From Polyangiales bacterium (GTDB lineage: Bacteria; Myxococcota_A; Polyangia; Polyangiales; Polyangiaceae): a stretch of DNA of 64,000 bases. The stretch is taken from contig JBBRLQ010000013.1 in the NCBI GenBank assembly GCA_038231275.1, positions 128,001-192,000 on the forward strand, written 5' to 3'. The position numbers were made by a program, and so were the translations under genes. Numbering within the stretch: position 1 is the stretch's first letter; the number at the start of each line of letters is the position of its first letter. The notes under the pieces were generated by a model that was given only the letters and a program-made list of their open reading frames with translations, did not search any database and was not told where the DNA came from. This document shows, one piece after another, positions 27,737 through 36,381 of this stretch.

Positions 27737-28753
27737 ATGCCCGCTCCGTCCTTGCGTCCCGTGAAGCTCCTTAGCGCCGATGATCTCTTCGCCGCCGAGA
27801 AGGCCGTGGAGACGGCGATTCCCGCCCTCGGGATCGGAAGCGGCGCCATCAATCTGTTCGTTGGCGAAAGCTTCGTCGCGAAGAGTTGGGCGCTCCTAGC
27901 CGCCGGCCTGGCCGTCGCCACGGGGCGCCCTCTCTGGGGCGCTTGGAAGACCGTTCCGGGACCGTGGCTCCACCTCGACCTGGAGCAGGGCGCGCGCGTC
28001 ACGAAGTCACGCCTTCGCCGCTTGGCGCGCGGGATGGCCATCTCGGATGAGGAGCTACGCGCCCTCGTTGATCAAGAGGCTGTTCGCGTGGCTGTCTTCC
28101 CGGATCTGCGACTCGACTCGCAAGGGGCGGCCGCCGCGTTTCGACACCTATTCGAGGGCGTGCGCCTCGTGACGGTCGATTCGCTTAGAACGATCGCGGG
28201 CTCGATTGACGAGAACGATTCGCGGATCCGATCGGCCCTCAACGTCCTTAGCTCGGCCGCCGATAAGACGGACGCCTCGGTTTGGGTGATCCACCACGGC
28301 GGGAAACCTCAGGGCGGCGACGGCCCTCCCCGAGCGCGGAAGCACCTCGCCCGCGGAAGCAGCGCGATCGGCGACGAAGCGCAATCGATCTTTACGGCGT
28401 CCTCACTTGGGTTCGGCCGATCACGGGTCCACCACGTCAAGACGAGGAGCCTTACCGCCCTCGTGCCGGACTTCGAGTTGACCGTTTCGGATGTTCCTCG
28501 CGGGGACGATCCCACGTGGGGCGCGCGCGTCTTGCGAGGCGACTCCTCGCCCACGCCGCCCGCCGTCCTTTCTCCGGAAGCGCGCTTGCTTGCTGTCTTG
28601 GAGGGCGGCCCTTTCGCCGGCACGCGTGACGCCTTCCGTGCGGCCGCCGGGATTGGGGCGGCGCCGTTCCGCAGCGCCCTCGCGAAGCTACTCGCGACGG
28701 GCGCGGTGACGGAGGCCGATGGCCACTTCTTCGCGAAGGAGTGCCGGCCGTGA
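27737..28753 (+). CDS. RecA-fold AAA_25/RepA-like helicase
   Basis: Variant Walker A GESFVAKS, LDLE, Walker B VTVDSL, DEND, IHH..K, RGSSAI. Confidence 0.8.
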   Translation: MPAPSLRPVKLLSADDLFAAEKAVETAIPALGIGSGAINLFVGESFVAKSWALLAAGLAVATGRPLWGAWKTVPGPWLHLDLEQGARVTKSRLRRLARGMAISDEELRALVDQEAVRVAVFPDLRLDSQGAAAAFRHLFEGVRLVTVDSLRTIAGSIDENDSRIRSALNVLSSAADKTDASVWVIHHGGKPQGGDGPPRARKHLARGSSAIGDEAQSIFTASSLGFGRSRVHHVKTRSLTALVPDFELTVSDVPRGDDPTWGARVLRGDSSPTPPAVLSPEARLLAVLEGGPFAGTRDAFRAAAGIGAAPFRSALAKLLATGAVTEADGHFFAKECRP

Positions 28754-28770
28754 GGAGGCTCGGTTGGACG

Positions 28771-28875
28771 CCGACCGACCGACTCGCTCCTAGAGAAATA
28801 GGAGTCAGTCGGTCTTACAGAGGAGAGGAGACGGACCGACTCACACACCCCCTAGGGAGAGTCGGGTCGGTCGGG
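28771..28875. repeat. Putative replication origin (GACCGACTC iteron-like inverted repeats)
   Basis: GACCGACCGACTC..GAGTCAGTCGGTC and GACCGACTC..GAGTCGGGTCGGTC directly after the helicase. Confidence 0.55.
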
Positions 28876-29047
28876 CGAAGGCGCGAACCACGTATGGCCA
28901 CCAAGTGACCATATACGTATGCCATTAGGACTACGGGGGATTTTGCCTCCAAGGGGAGCTGTCTTTCTAGTGTCCGTAACTCCCTGAAACTGCTCTGGGG
29001 TCCCGGGATGTAGTCCCGCAATGCCACGAAGATGTGAGGGATCGAAT

Positions 29048-29551
29048 ATGGGATCGAAGTCAACGCTTTCGGAGTCGAAGCGCGAGAAGATTTGGAAGCT
29101 CCACACGGTGGAGCGCTGGGGTTACGACCGCATCGCGGCGCGCCTCAATGTTCCGCGCGGCCAAGTGGAGCGCTACGTAAAGTCGCGCGCGAGGACGGAG
29201 GCCAAGGCGCCTCACCTCGCGGCCGGCGAGGTCCCCGAGCTTCCCGCGGACGCAACTTCCGTTGACCGGGCACGTGCGCAGGTGCGCCGCCTCGAGATCA
29301 TGATCAAAACGGGCGCCGCGGACCCCGCGAAGACGTCGAAGGACGTTTCGATGCTGGAGAACGCGTTGGGTGCGGCGTCCACGCGCCTCAGCCGGCTCCT
29401 CGGGGAGTTCGAGGTCACCAGCTCGCAGATCGTCCGGTCAACGCACTTTCAGAGCCTCCTAGGCGCCTTCCAGCGCGCCATCGGGGACGACCACGGGGTG
29501 TGGCAGCGATTCGAGGCCGAGTGCGCGCGACTGATGGGAGAGCGGAAATGA
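29048..29551 (+). CDS. HTH plus helical protein, terminase small subunit-like
   Basis: N-terminal HTH (WGYDRIAARLNVPRGQVERYV) followed by helices; position after ori. Confidence 0.45.
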   Translation: MGSKSTLSESKREKIWKLHTVERWGYDRIAARLNVPRGQVERYVKSRARTEAKAPHLAAGEVPELPADATSVDRARAQVRRLEIMIKTGAADPAKTSKDVSMLENALGAASTRLSRLLGEFEVTSSQIVRSTHFQSLLGAFQRAIGDDHGVWQRFEAECARLMGERK

Positions 29552-29904
29552 CAGCGAAGAAACAGAGGCGGCCGGCGAGGGCGAAGGCGAAAGCGAGGAA
29601 GCCGGCCACGATCATCGGCGAGGTCCTGCGTTGGGTACGCCGTGAGATTGCGCGCATCGATGAAGAGGCGGCCGCGAAACGTCGCCGGCTCACGCGCACC
29701 GTCGCCACGTCCACGGATTTCGCCGAACGTAGGGCGGCTCTTGCCGAGCTGCGAAAGGACTTTGGCGATCCGCCGCCCGACGACGCCCCGGCCGCCTCCG
29801 CGCCGCGTCCTCTGGTAACGGCGGCGGAGATTGAAGCCGCGCGCGTCGAACACATCGCCCTCGTGGCTTGGGCAAACGCGCATCGGATGCCTGGAATTCA
29901 CTAA
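29548..29904 (+). CDS. Hypothetical basic protein
   Basis: ATGA overlap, GGAG RBS. Confidence 0.55.
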   Translation: MTAKKQRRPARAKAKARKPATIIGEVLRWVRREIARIDEEAAAKRRRLTRTVATSTDFAERRAALAELRKDFGDPPPDDAPAASAPRPLVTAAEIEAARVEHIALVAWANAHRMPGIH

Positions 29905-29969
29905 ACGGAAATACTTGTTTCAAACCGCAACGGAACGAAGTCACGAAGTCACGAAAGGACGAATCGATT

Positions 29970-30392
29970 ATGAAGGCGAACATGATGCAGGCGACGAGTT
30001 ACGATGACCTGGTTCAAAGGTGGACGGCGCGTTGCGAAGAACTGTTGAAGTCCTCTGATCCGGAGGATGTCGAGTTGGCGAAGAAGGAGCTCGCTCGCCT
30101 CCGAGAAGAGCCTTCCGAGGACGAGGCGAAGGAGGCGGCCAAAGCCCGCGCGCGCGCCTCGAGGCCGGTCCTCGCGTCGAGCCACGTTTCGGCGGCCGAA
30201 AGCGCCGATTCGATTCTTGCCCGGCGGCGGATCGAGGAAGAGCAGAACTTCATTTCCGCGAAGATGATGGGTCCGCGAGAAGCCGGGATTCGAAGCGAGG
30301 ACGGCGGCCGCGCGCTCACGTTCGGCCCCATGTCGAAATCGGAAGCCGCGCGGCGGCTTCAGGAGCTTGCGCGTCAGGGGAAAGTCCGATGA
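29970..30392 (+). CDS. Hypothetical charged helical protein (scaffold-like?)
   Basis: AAGGA RBS; Glu/Ala/Lys-rich helices. Confidence 0.6.
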   Translation: MKANMMQATSYDDLVQRWTARCEELLKSSDPEDVELAKKELARLREEPSEDEAKEAAKARARASRPVLASSHVSAAESADSILARRRIEEEQNFISAKMMGPREAGIRSEDGGRALTFGPMSKSEAARRLQELARQGKVR

Positions 30393-30583
30393 GCAACGAG
30401 GCCGCTGGAAACAATCCCTTCTACGCTCCAAACTGGTCGCCTTCGATCGAACAGAGGCCGACGCATCACCCGGCGCCAAATGCGACGCCGCCGCCTCCCA
30501 CGATCCCGCCGGTCGTTGGCAGTCCCACGCCGATCCCGCCGAGCGAGACTTTGCCTCCACGCCACGAGGAGGCCGGCGAATGA
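30389..30583 (+). CDS. Small Pro-rich hypothetical protein
   Basis: ATGA overlaps on both sides. Confidence 0.45.
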   Translation: MSNEAAGNNPFYAPNWSPSIEQRPTHHPAPNATPPPPTIPPVVGSPTPIPPSETLPPRHEEAGE

Positions 30584-31308
30584 CTGCCCCGTCTCTTAGC
30601 GCGTCGTCGCACGTCGAGCGCGTGGCGGCCCTCGAGGCGACGCACTCCCATCTTGACGGCGAGCACGCGCAGGCCGTCCGCAAACTGGACGAAGAGCGCC
30701 TCCGTCTGTCGCGCGAACATGCCGCCGCGAAGGCGGCCGCCTCCGAGGCCGCACGCGCGAAGCACGACGAGCTCGACGCAAAGATCGGAGCGGAGGCGAG
30801 GGCCGTGCTCTTCCCGCTCCTCGCCGACTTTGCGAAGGGCGATTCGTCACGGCGTCCAATCGCCGGGAAGATTCGGGACGCCTGGATCGCGCTCGACACG
30901 AAGGCGCGCGATTGCCTGGGAAACAATCTTGATCGCCGGCTGCTGGCGCTCGGAATTGCGGCCGCCCATGGCCTCGAATCGGTGGCCGCGTCGTGTGAGT
31001 TCTTGCGATACGGCGGGGCGAGTCAGGCAATGGCATCGGTCGATACCGTCGTGAGCCGCATCGAAGCAGCCATCGCGCTTCCCGCCGTTGAGGATGCCCT
31101 CCACGCGGCGGAGGTCGCAATCGCTACCAGCGTGTCGGGTCGAGGGTTTCACGCGGCCCCGTGGAGGGCGGCCGCGTTCAGGTTCGCGATGCGCGCCTCC
31201 AATGATCGCGCCGCGGACGAGGCCGATCGCAACGTGCCGCAAGTCTCAAAGGCGGTGGTCACGTTCGGCCACTTGCAGGGCGGCCGCGGTCCTCGGGTGA
31301 CGACGTGA
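30580..31308 (+). CDS. Hypothetical coiled-coil protein
   Basis: GAGGAGG RBS, ATGA overlap. Confidence 0.65.
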   Translation: MTAPSLSASSHVERVAALEATHSHLDGEHAQAVRKLDEERLRLSREHAAAKAAASEAARAKHDELDAKIGAEARAVLFPLLADFAKGDSSRRPIAGKIRDAWIALDTKARDCLGNNLDRRLLALGIAAAHGLESVAASCEFLRYGGASQAMASVDTVVSRIEAAIALPAVEDALHAAEVAIATSVSGRGFHAAPWRAAAFRFAMRASNDRAADEADRNVPQVSKAVVTFGHLQGGRGPRVTT

Positions 31309-31475
31309 CCGGCGGCGGACCGATCGTGTCGATGTGGTCCCTCGTGGACCGCGACGGACTCATCATCGCGTCCTCACTCGATCGTGCGGAGCTCCTCGCC
31401 GCGAGACGTGAGGGAGAGGCGATCGTATACACGCGTAGGCCGAGGCGACGGCCGCACCCCGAACAGGCGCGTTGA
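31305..31475 (+). CDS. Small hypothetical protein (56 aa)
   Basis: GTGA overlap with upstream stop; MTGGGPIVSMWSLVDRDG... Confidence 0.4.
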   Translation: MTGGGPIVSMWSLVDRDGLIIASSLDRAELLAARREGEAIVYTRRPRRRPHPEQAR

Positions 31476-31476
31476 C

Positions 31477-31608
31477 GTGGCGCGCAACACCCCGCCTCGT
31501 GACGGCAATTCGCGAGCGCGTCGAATCAAGAGATGGCGGTTGCTTCGTGAGCTACGCCGGCTTCGGCGCGAGGTGAGCCGTCTCGCAACGCTCGTCTTAG
31601 ATGCCTAA
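31477..31608 (+). CDS. Small Arg-rich hypothetical protein
   Basis: GTG one base after the previous stop. Confidence 0.3.
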   Translation: MARNTPPRDGNSRARRIKRWRLLRELRRLRREVSRLATLVLDA

Positions 31609-31785
31609 CTTTCGCGGCGTCGCCTCTCCCATGGCGTGGCGCCGCACGCGGTTTCGATTCGTTGGGGTTCGTAGCCGCGTCCCCGTCGCCCTCCCGCGTC
31701 CCCGGTTTCCGATCCTTTCCGGGGCGCGGGCTGGGCGGCACCTATCGCGCTTCGTTCTGTCCTCAACTCACGTAGGAGTCTGTCT

Positions 31786-32385
31786 ATGGGCATCTTTCAC
31801 GTTCCTGGCCTCTCTGACGCGGTAGGTCCGAATCCGCTCGTAACGTCCTTCCCCGCCGTCAATACGTTTACGATCGCCTCTTTCACGATGCCCGGGAAGT
31901 GGACTTTACTGGACGCTCCCAAGACGTTCGGCTGGCAGATCATGAAGGGTATTGCGCTTGACGGCGCGACGGCCTCTCCTACAGGGGAAGGGCTTATCAC
32001 CGCAAAGTTTCGCGGCGAGATTTGGGAGCCTAGCGACTTCGCTCTATTCAAGGAAATCCGAAAGGCCATCCTCGTAAAGCCCGTGTTCTCGCTTGGAGGC
32101 TCGCTACTCACCGGCGCAATGGGCATTGACCATCCCGAGCTCAAAGCGTTGGGAGTTACCAACGTGGTAATGAGCGAGCTTCGGCCCATGATTCAGGAGC
32201 GCGGCGGGAAGTGGGTTTGCCACGTCGATTTCCTCCAGTACCGGCGGCCGACTCCTGCTCTTCCGGCCCCGAAACTCGTGGTGCCGGACCATGCGCCTCC
32301 GATGCCCTCCGCGCAGAACGCCTTGGAGCTCGAAGCGCAGAAGTTGACGGCGCAGATCGACGCTCAGAAAGCGAAGCTTAAATGA
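31786..32385 (+). CDS. Putative phage tail tube-initiator/baseplate-like protein
   Basis: W...KG..L.GAT...TG..L..AKF...IWE...I.HP.L..LG...VV...W...F.QYR pattern recalled from myxobacterial prophage tail genes; TAGGAG RBS. Confidence 0.55.
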   Translation: MGIFHVPGLSDAVGPNPLVTSFPAVNTFTIASFTMPGKWTLLDAPKTFGWQIMKGIALDGATASPTGEGLITAKFRGEIWEPSDFALFKEIRKAILVKPVFSLGGSLLTGAMGIDHPELKALGVTNVVMSELRPMIQERGGKWVCHVDFLQYRRPTPALPAPKLVVPDHAPPMPSAQNALELEAQKLTAQIDAQKAKLK

Positions 32386-32630
32386 GCGAAGGCGACGACA
32401 GGGAAGCGGAGTCGAAGACGGTCACGCGCCGCTACGTGATCACGGCGTGGGACGCGGCCGTCGGCATGTTCGATGGGGTATGCGACGTCACGGGCGAGGA
32501 AGTGCACGTCGCGCCGATCCTTCCGGGCACCAAGATCGGGGCGGTCGTCGAAGTAACCACGACGCCGACCGTGCGCGGCAGGTGGCGCCTCGTGACGCGC
32601 GTGCTTCCGTCCGCAGAGATGCCCTCCTGA
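32382..32630 (+). CDS. Small beta-rich hypothetical protein
   Basis: ATGA overlap upstream and TGATG coupling downstream. Confidence 0.55.
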   Translation: MSEGDDREAESKTVTRRYVITAWDAAVGMFDGVCDVTGEEVHVAPILPGTKIGAVVEVTTTPTVRGRWRLVTRVLPSAEMPS

Positions 32631-33169
32631 TGGCGCCCCGTAAGACGCGGACGGCCTCCGCCCCGACCGGCATCTCGTCTAACGACGACGACGCTTACCC
32701 GTTGTACGAGCCGCCGCGGCGAACCTCTCGGGGATGCATCGCATCGGCGTACCTTCGCAAGGCGTGGAAAGACATGAAGCGGCGATGCCTCGACCCCACC
32801 CATTGGAACTACCCAAAGTACGGGGCGCGCGGCATCACGATTCACCAGCCGTGGATCGTCTCCTTCGACGCCTTCGCGGAATTGATGGGCGAGCGGCCTT
32901 CGCCGCGTCACTCGCTCGACCGCATCGACAACGATGGGAACTACGAGCCGGGGAACGTGAAGTGGTCGTCTCGCGAGGAGCAGATGAACAACGTGAGGAG
33001 CAATCGCCACCTCACCTTTCGAGGGCGCACGATGACGATGGCGGAATGGGCGAAGGAGCTGGGGTGCGATCGGCGCGTGATCTTCACCCGCTTGAAGTTG
33101 GGGTGGAGTGTGGAAGACGCGCTCGGAACGCCGCTAGCACCTCGTTGCCGTACGGCTTCGAAGAAATAA
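32630..33169 (+). CDS. HNH-type endonuclease (phage homing-endonuclease-like)
   Basis: W..MK.RC....Y..YG.RGI, SLDRIDNDGNYEPGNVKW...EQ.NN. Confidence 0.85.
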   Translation: MAPRKTRTASAPTGISSNDDDAYPLYEPPRRTSRGCIASAYLRKAWKDMKRRCLDPTHWNYPKYGARGITIHQPWIVSFDAFAELMGERPSPRHSLDRIDNDGNYEPGNVKWSSREEQMNNVRSNRHLTFRGRTMTMAEWAKELGCDRRVIFTRLKLGWSVEDALGTPLAPRCRTASKK

Positions 33170-33194
33170 AGCGCCGGCCCAATGACCCCGCCTT

Positions 33195-33213
33195 CCGGTT
33201 AAATATTAACCGG
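33195..33213. promoter_or_regulatory. AT-rich operator-like palindrome upstream of xis-int operon
   Basis: CCGGTTAA-ATA-TTAACCGG. Confidence 0.55.
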
Positions 33214-33360
33214 TTACGCATGATCGGCGCCCGAGCGGTGCGCCTCGAAGGCTTTGGGCGCATACCGTCCGCGTCTCGCGCACCGTACAGTAGGGGAAGT
33301 GAGGCCGGCGACGCGCAAACGTCCCGACCTCTGGCCACCCCAACCGAAGATTGAGGCGAC

Positions 33361-33537
33361 ATGAAGACGTTACCCGATACCAACCCGCTCCGCTCGTTGG
33401 CAGAAACCGTGACGGCCCTCAAAGGCGCCGCCGATCCCGGCGACAGGCGCCTCCTCATGCGCGCCGGCCTCCGCGTCGCGTCGATGCTCCTCGAGGGCGT
33501 GGCGGGCCAGTTGCGCGCCATGGGACGGGCACTATGA
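33361..33537 (+). CDS. Small helical hypothetical protein (58 aa)
   Basis: GAGG RBS; ATGA overlap with next gene. Confidence 0.5.
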   Translation: MKTLPDTNPLRSLAETVTALKGAADPGDRRLLMRAGLRVASMLLEGVAGQLRAMGRAL

Positions 33538-33872
33538 AGAAGCCTCGTAATCCGGCGACGTCTCCGAAGCCGCCCGCCGCCGTCCTCCCGCTCCGGCGCG
33601 AGCCCACGGAGGCGATGCGCCACGAGGTCGTGCGCCAACTGAACGCGCTGGGCTTCACCATGATGGTGTGCGCCACGTGTGGCGTGACGGAGAACGACGG
33701 CGGCGACGAGCCGGTCACGTGCGGCGAGATGCTCTGCCACGCGTGCGTCGAAGAGCACGAGGCGGAGTGCCAACCGTGCGCCGAAGCCGTCGCCGCCTTC
33801 GTCACGCCGTGGAACCTCGCACGCGTGAGGCGCTTGCATAGCGAGGACGCCGACGACGGGGCCGGGACGTGA
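33534..33872 (+). CDS. Small Zn-finger-like protein
   Basis: CATC...C....CHAC...H...C..C. Confidence 0.55.
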   Translation: MKKPRNPATSPKPPAAVLPLRREPTEAMRHEVVRQLNALGFTMMVCATCGVTENDGGDEPVTCGEMLCHACVEEHEAECQPCAEAVAAFVTPWNLARVRRLHSEDADDGAGT

Positions 33873-34459
33873 GTGGTTGGATCTTCCCCACTGCGGACGC
33901 CCCTCGCCTTCCGCGTCGCCTCCTCCTCTTGGGCTCCGAGCGCGTGGAGCACGAGGGCCACTTGCACCTCGCCCCCGTGGAGGCGCTCGACCTCGTGTCT
34001 CTAGAGATGCGCTTCGGGGTCGCCGATCCGCGTCTCGCCGCGCTGCATTGGCGATGGGTCTGCGAGCGCGAGGTGGACGCCGACGCGAAGGGCGCTACGT
34101 ACGCGACGGAGGACGTGGAGCCTCACGAGCTCGCCGGGCTCGCCCTCGTCAACGCCGCGATGGGCGCCCGCGTCCCGTTGGCGATGGTGCCGGACCTCGT
34201 AGGGCGCGAGGTGACGCGGGAGGGATGCATCGCGCTCGGGTTCCTGAACTCCGCGGAGGCCACGAAGGCGGCCCCACCTTCGGCCCTCATTGACGCCGCC
34301 GAGGCCGCCCAGATTCTTGGGATCACGGAAGCCGCACTGCGTTCGCGGCTCGCGCGCGGCGAGATCCCAAACGCCTCCGTCAAGCGCACGGGAAGGCGCG
34401 TCCAGTACATCCGCGCGAGGCTCCAAGCGTGGGTCGAAGATTCGAAGGGGAAGCGATGA
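33869..34459 (+). CDS. Excisionase-like protein (C-terminal winged HTH)
   Basis: LIDAAEAAQILGIT...LR...RGEIP...GRRV.Y...L.AW; directly upstream of integrase. Confidence 0.75.
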   Translation: MSGWIFPTADAPRLPRRLLLLGSERVEHEGHLHLAPVEALDLVSLEMRFGVADPRLAALHWRWVCEREVDADAKGATYATEDVEPHELAGLALVNAAMGARVPLAMVPDLVGREVTREGCIALGFLNSAEATKAAPPSALIDAAEAAQILGITEAALRSRLARGEIPNASVKRTGRRVQYIRARLQAWVEDSKGKR

Positions 34460-35592
34460 CCGTCAAGGTTCGCCCGCTTCCGAACGGAAAGATGCGCGTA
34501 GACATTCGGTTCCGCTGGCCGGATGAGAGTGTCTTCCGGGAGCGGCCCAACGTGGGCGGGATGACCCTCGCGCAGGCGAGGAAGTGGGGCGAGCGAAGGG
34601 AGGCGGAGCTACGCGACGCAGGCAAGGCCGCGCACGAGGCTGCAACCGCGGCGGCAACCCCTGCCCTCACCTTCGGGGACTTCGTCAAAGACCGATGGTG
34701 GCCGGTCTACCCCCCGAGCAAGGGCAACGCGCATACGACAATCAAAGAGAAGCGCATCCACCTGGACGCGCATCTACTACCCCACTTCGGCGGCCTTCCG
34801 ATGACGGACGCCACCTTCGCGAAGGAGGCGCTCGACTCGTTCGCCGCGACGATGGCGGCCAAGACGGTCGGCAAGGTGAAGCGGAAGCCCCTCAGTGCCA
34901 AGCGCATCAACAACGTGATGGCAACGCTGGGGCGCATCCTCGCGTCCGCCCACGAATGGGGCGCCCTCGCGACCCTGCCGCGCATGCCGAAGCGCAAGGT
35001 GGACGAACCAGCGTGGGACTACTTCAACGGCGAGGAAACGCGCCTCGCGGTCGCGGCGACGCGTAGCGCCGAAGAGAGGGCGCTCCTTCTCTTTGCGTTC
35101 CGCACGGGCGCGCGCGCCGGGGAGCAACTCGCCTTCCTTTGGGAGGACCTCGACTGGCATGCGAGGCAAGTCATCTTCCGCCGCTCCTCTTCGGACGGAG
35201 TCGTAGTCGAGCGCACGAAGTCCAAGCGCATTCGGCGCGTGCCGATGGGGCCGGCGTTGGAGGCCGCCCTGAAGGCGATCAAGCACCTCCGCGGGCCGCT
35301 CGTGTTCTGCCAAGAGGACGGCGCTCCGTTGACGCTCGACATGCTCCACGAGCGCCTTTGGGGCGCGTGTCGTCGCGCCGGCCTTCGTCGCATCAAGTGG
35401 CACGAGACGCGGCACTCCTACGCGAGCCAGCTCGTGATGCTCGGGACGCCGTTGAGGCAAGTGCAAGAGTGGCTCGGCCATTCCACGATCCAGATGACGA
35501 TGAGGTATGCGCACCTCGCGCCGGGCGGAGGCAGGGAGTACGTGGCCGCGTTAGATCGGTCGCCCTCGCTAGGAGCTACAGGTACGTCCTAG
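34456..35592 (+). CDS. int: Tyrosine recombinase/integrase
   Basis: TGARAGE (R), TKS (K), HETRH (HxxR), LGH, MRYAH (Y): full catalytic set. Confidence 0.95.
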   Translation: MTVKVRPLPNGKMRVDIRFRWPDESVFRERPNVGGMTLAQARKWGERREAELRDAGKAAHEAATAAATPALTFGDFVKDRWWPVYPPSKGNAHTTIKEKRIHLDAHLLPHFGGLPMTDATFAKEALDSFAATMAAKTVGKVKRKPLSAKRINNVMATLGRILASAHEWGALATLPRMPKRKVDEPAWDYFNGEETRLAVAATRSAEERALLLFAFRTGARAGEQLAFLWEDLDWHARQVIFRRSSSDGVVVERTKSKRIRRVPMGPALEAALKAIKHLRGPLVFCQEDGAPLTLDMLHERLWGACRRAGLRRIKWHETRHSYASQLVMLGTPLRQVQEWLGHSTIQMTMRYAHLAPGGGREYVAALDRSPSLGATGTS

Positions 35593-36296
35593 CTTGCGGG
35601 CGACTTCTTCTTTCTGTTCTCCCGGATCACGTCGAGCTTCTTGGAGACGTGGCTGAGCTTCGCCGCGACGTTCGGTAGAGCGTAAAGGGTCTTGATGGTG
35701 CTTTCGATAATGTCGAACGCGGCGTGGAGTTCCGGCTGTTCGGGAGCCTTAAGCTCGTGCGCGGCGTCGTTGCCCAACAGGCGATGCAAGTGGAGAAAGT
35801 CCTTCTGTCGTGCGGCAATCGCCCCGGAGGCGACTAGATCGTCGATCCGTTCTTCTAAATTCTTCCCTTTAGCCCCTTGGTCGGCGCACATGGCCTCGAC
35901 GGTTGCGCGCAATCCGATGGTGGCAAGGATCCGTGAGTCGGCGTTCAGCGCGGTCAGCGCCTCACAGTAGATTCGCATCAGCTTCGCGGGGAGCAGGATG
36001 CCCTCGAACGGAAACCCGCGGCCCTCGTTCGGGGCCGGGTAGAATGTCTGGTTCAGCCACGGCGAGTCGTCGGGCGCCACCTCGGTACTGTTCCACCGAG
36101 CCTCTTCGAAGCACACAGTCGCGCAACCCCGGCACCGCAGGATTCGGTAATCCTCTCCCCAGGACACCGGCGACTCCTCCCCGAAGTCCTGTTCGTGCTC
36201 GTCCTCGATCTCGGCGAGGACGTCATGGCTCGTCCCACGACGGCACGTCCGACAGGTGGCGTTCGTGATCTTCGGCGTCTTCTTGGCGGCCGCCAT
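35589..36296 (-). CDS. DUF4145 (HEPN-like) protein with N-terminal Zn-ribbon
   Basis: CRTC/CRGC; LRATVE, L.ERIDDL, RLLGNDAAH motifs. Confidence 0.8.
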   Translation of the reverse strand: MAAAKKTPKITNATCRTCRRGTSHDVLAEIEDEHEQDFGEESPVSWGEDYRILRCRGCATVCFEEARWNSTEVAPDDSPWLNQTFYPAPNEGRGFPFEGILLPAKLMRIYCEALTALNADSRILATIGLRATVEAMCADQGAKGKNLEERIDDLVASGAIAARQKDFLHLHRLLGNDAAHELKAPEQPELHAAFDIIESTIKTLYALPNVAAKLSHVSKKLDVIRENRKKKSPAS

Positions 36297-36315
36297 CTCG
36301 CGCTCCCCGTCCCCG

Positions 36316-36335
36316 GTGGCACCCGGCTGGCACTG
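36316..36335 (+). repeat. Putative integrase arm-type sites (right)
   Basis: GTGGCACCCGGCTGGCACTG; two TGGCAC units 11 bp apart. Confidence 0.7.
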
Positions 36336-36381
36336 ACCCTACACGTTCGCCTCATCCAGCCCAGTTCTCGCTCAAACGAGG

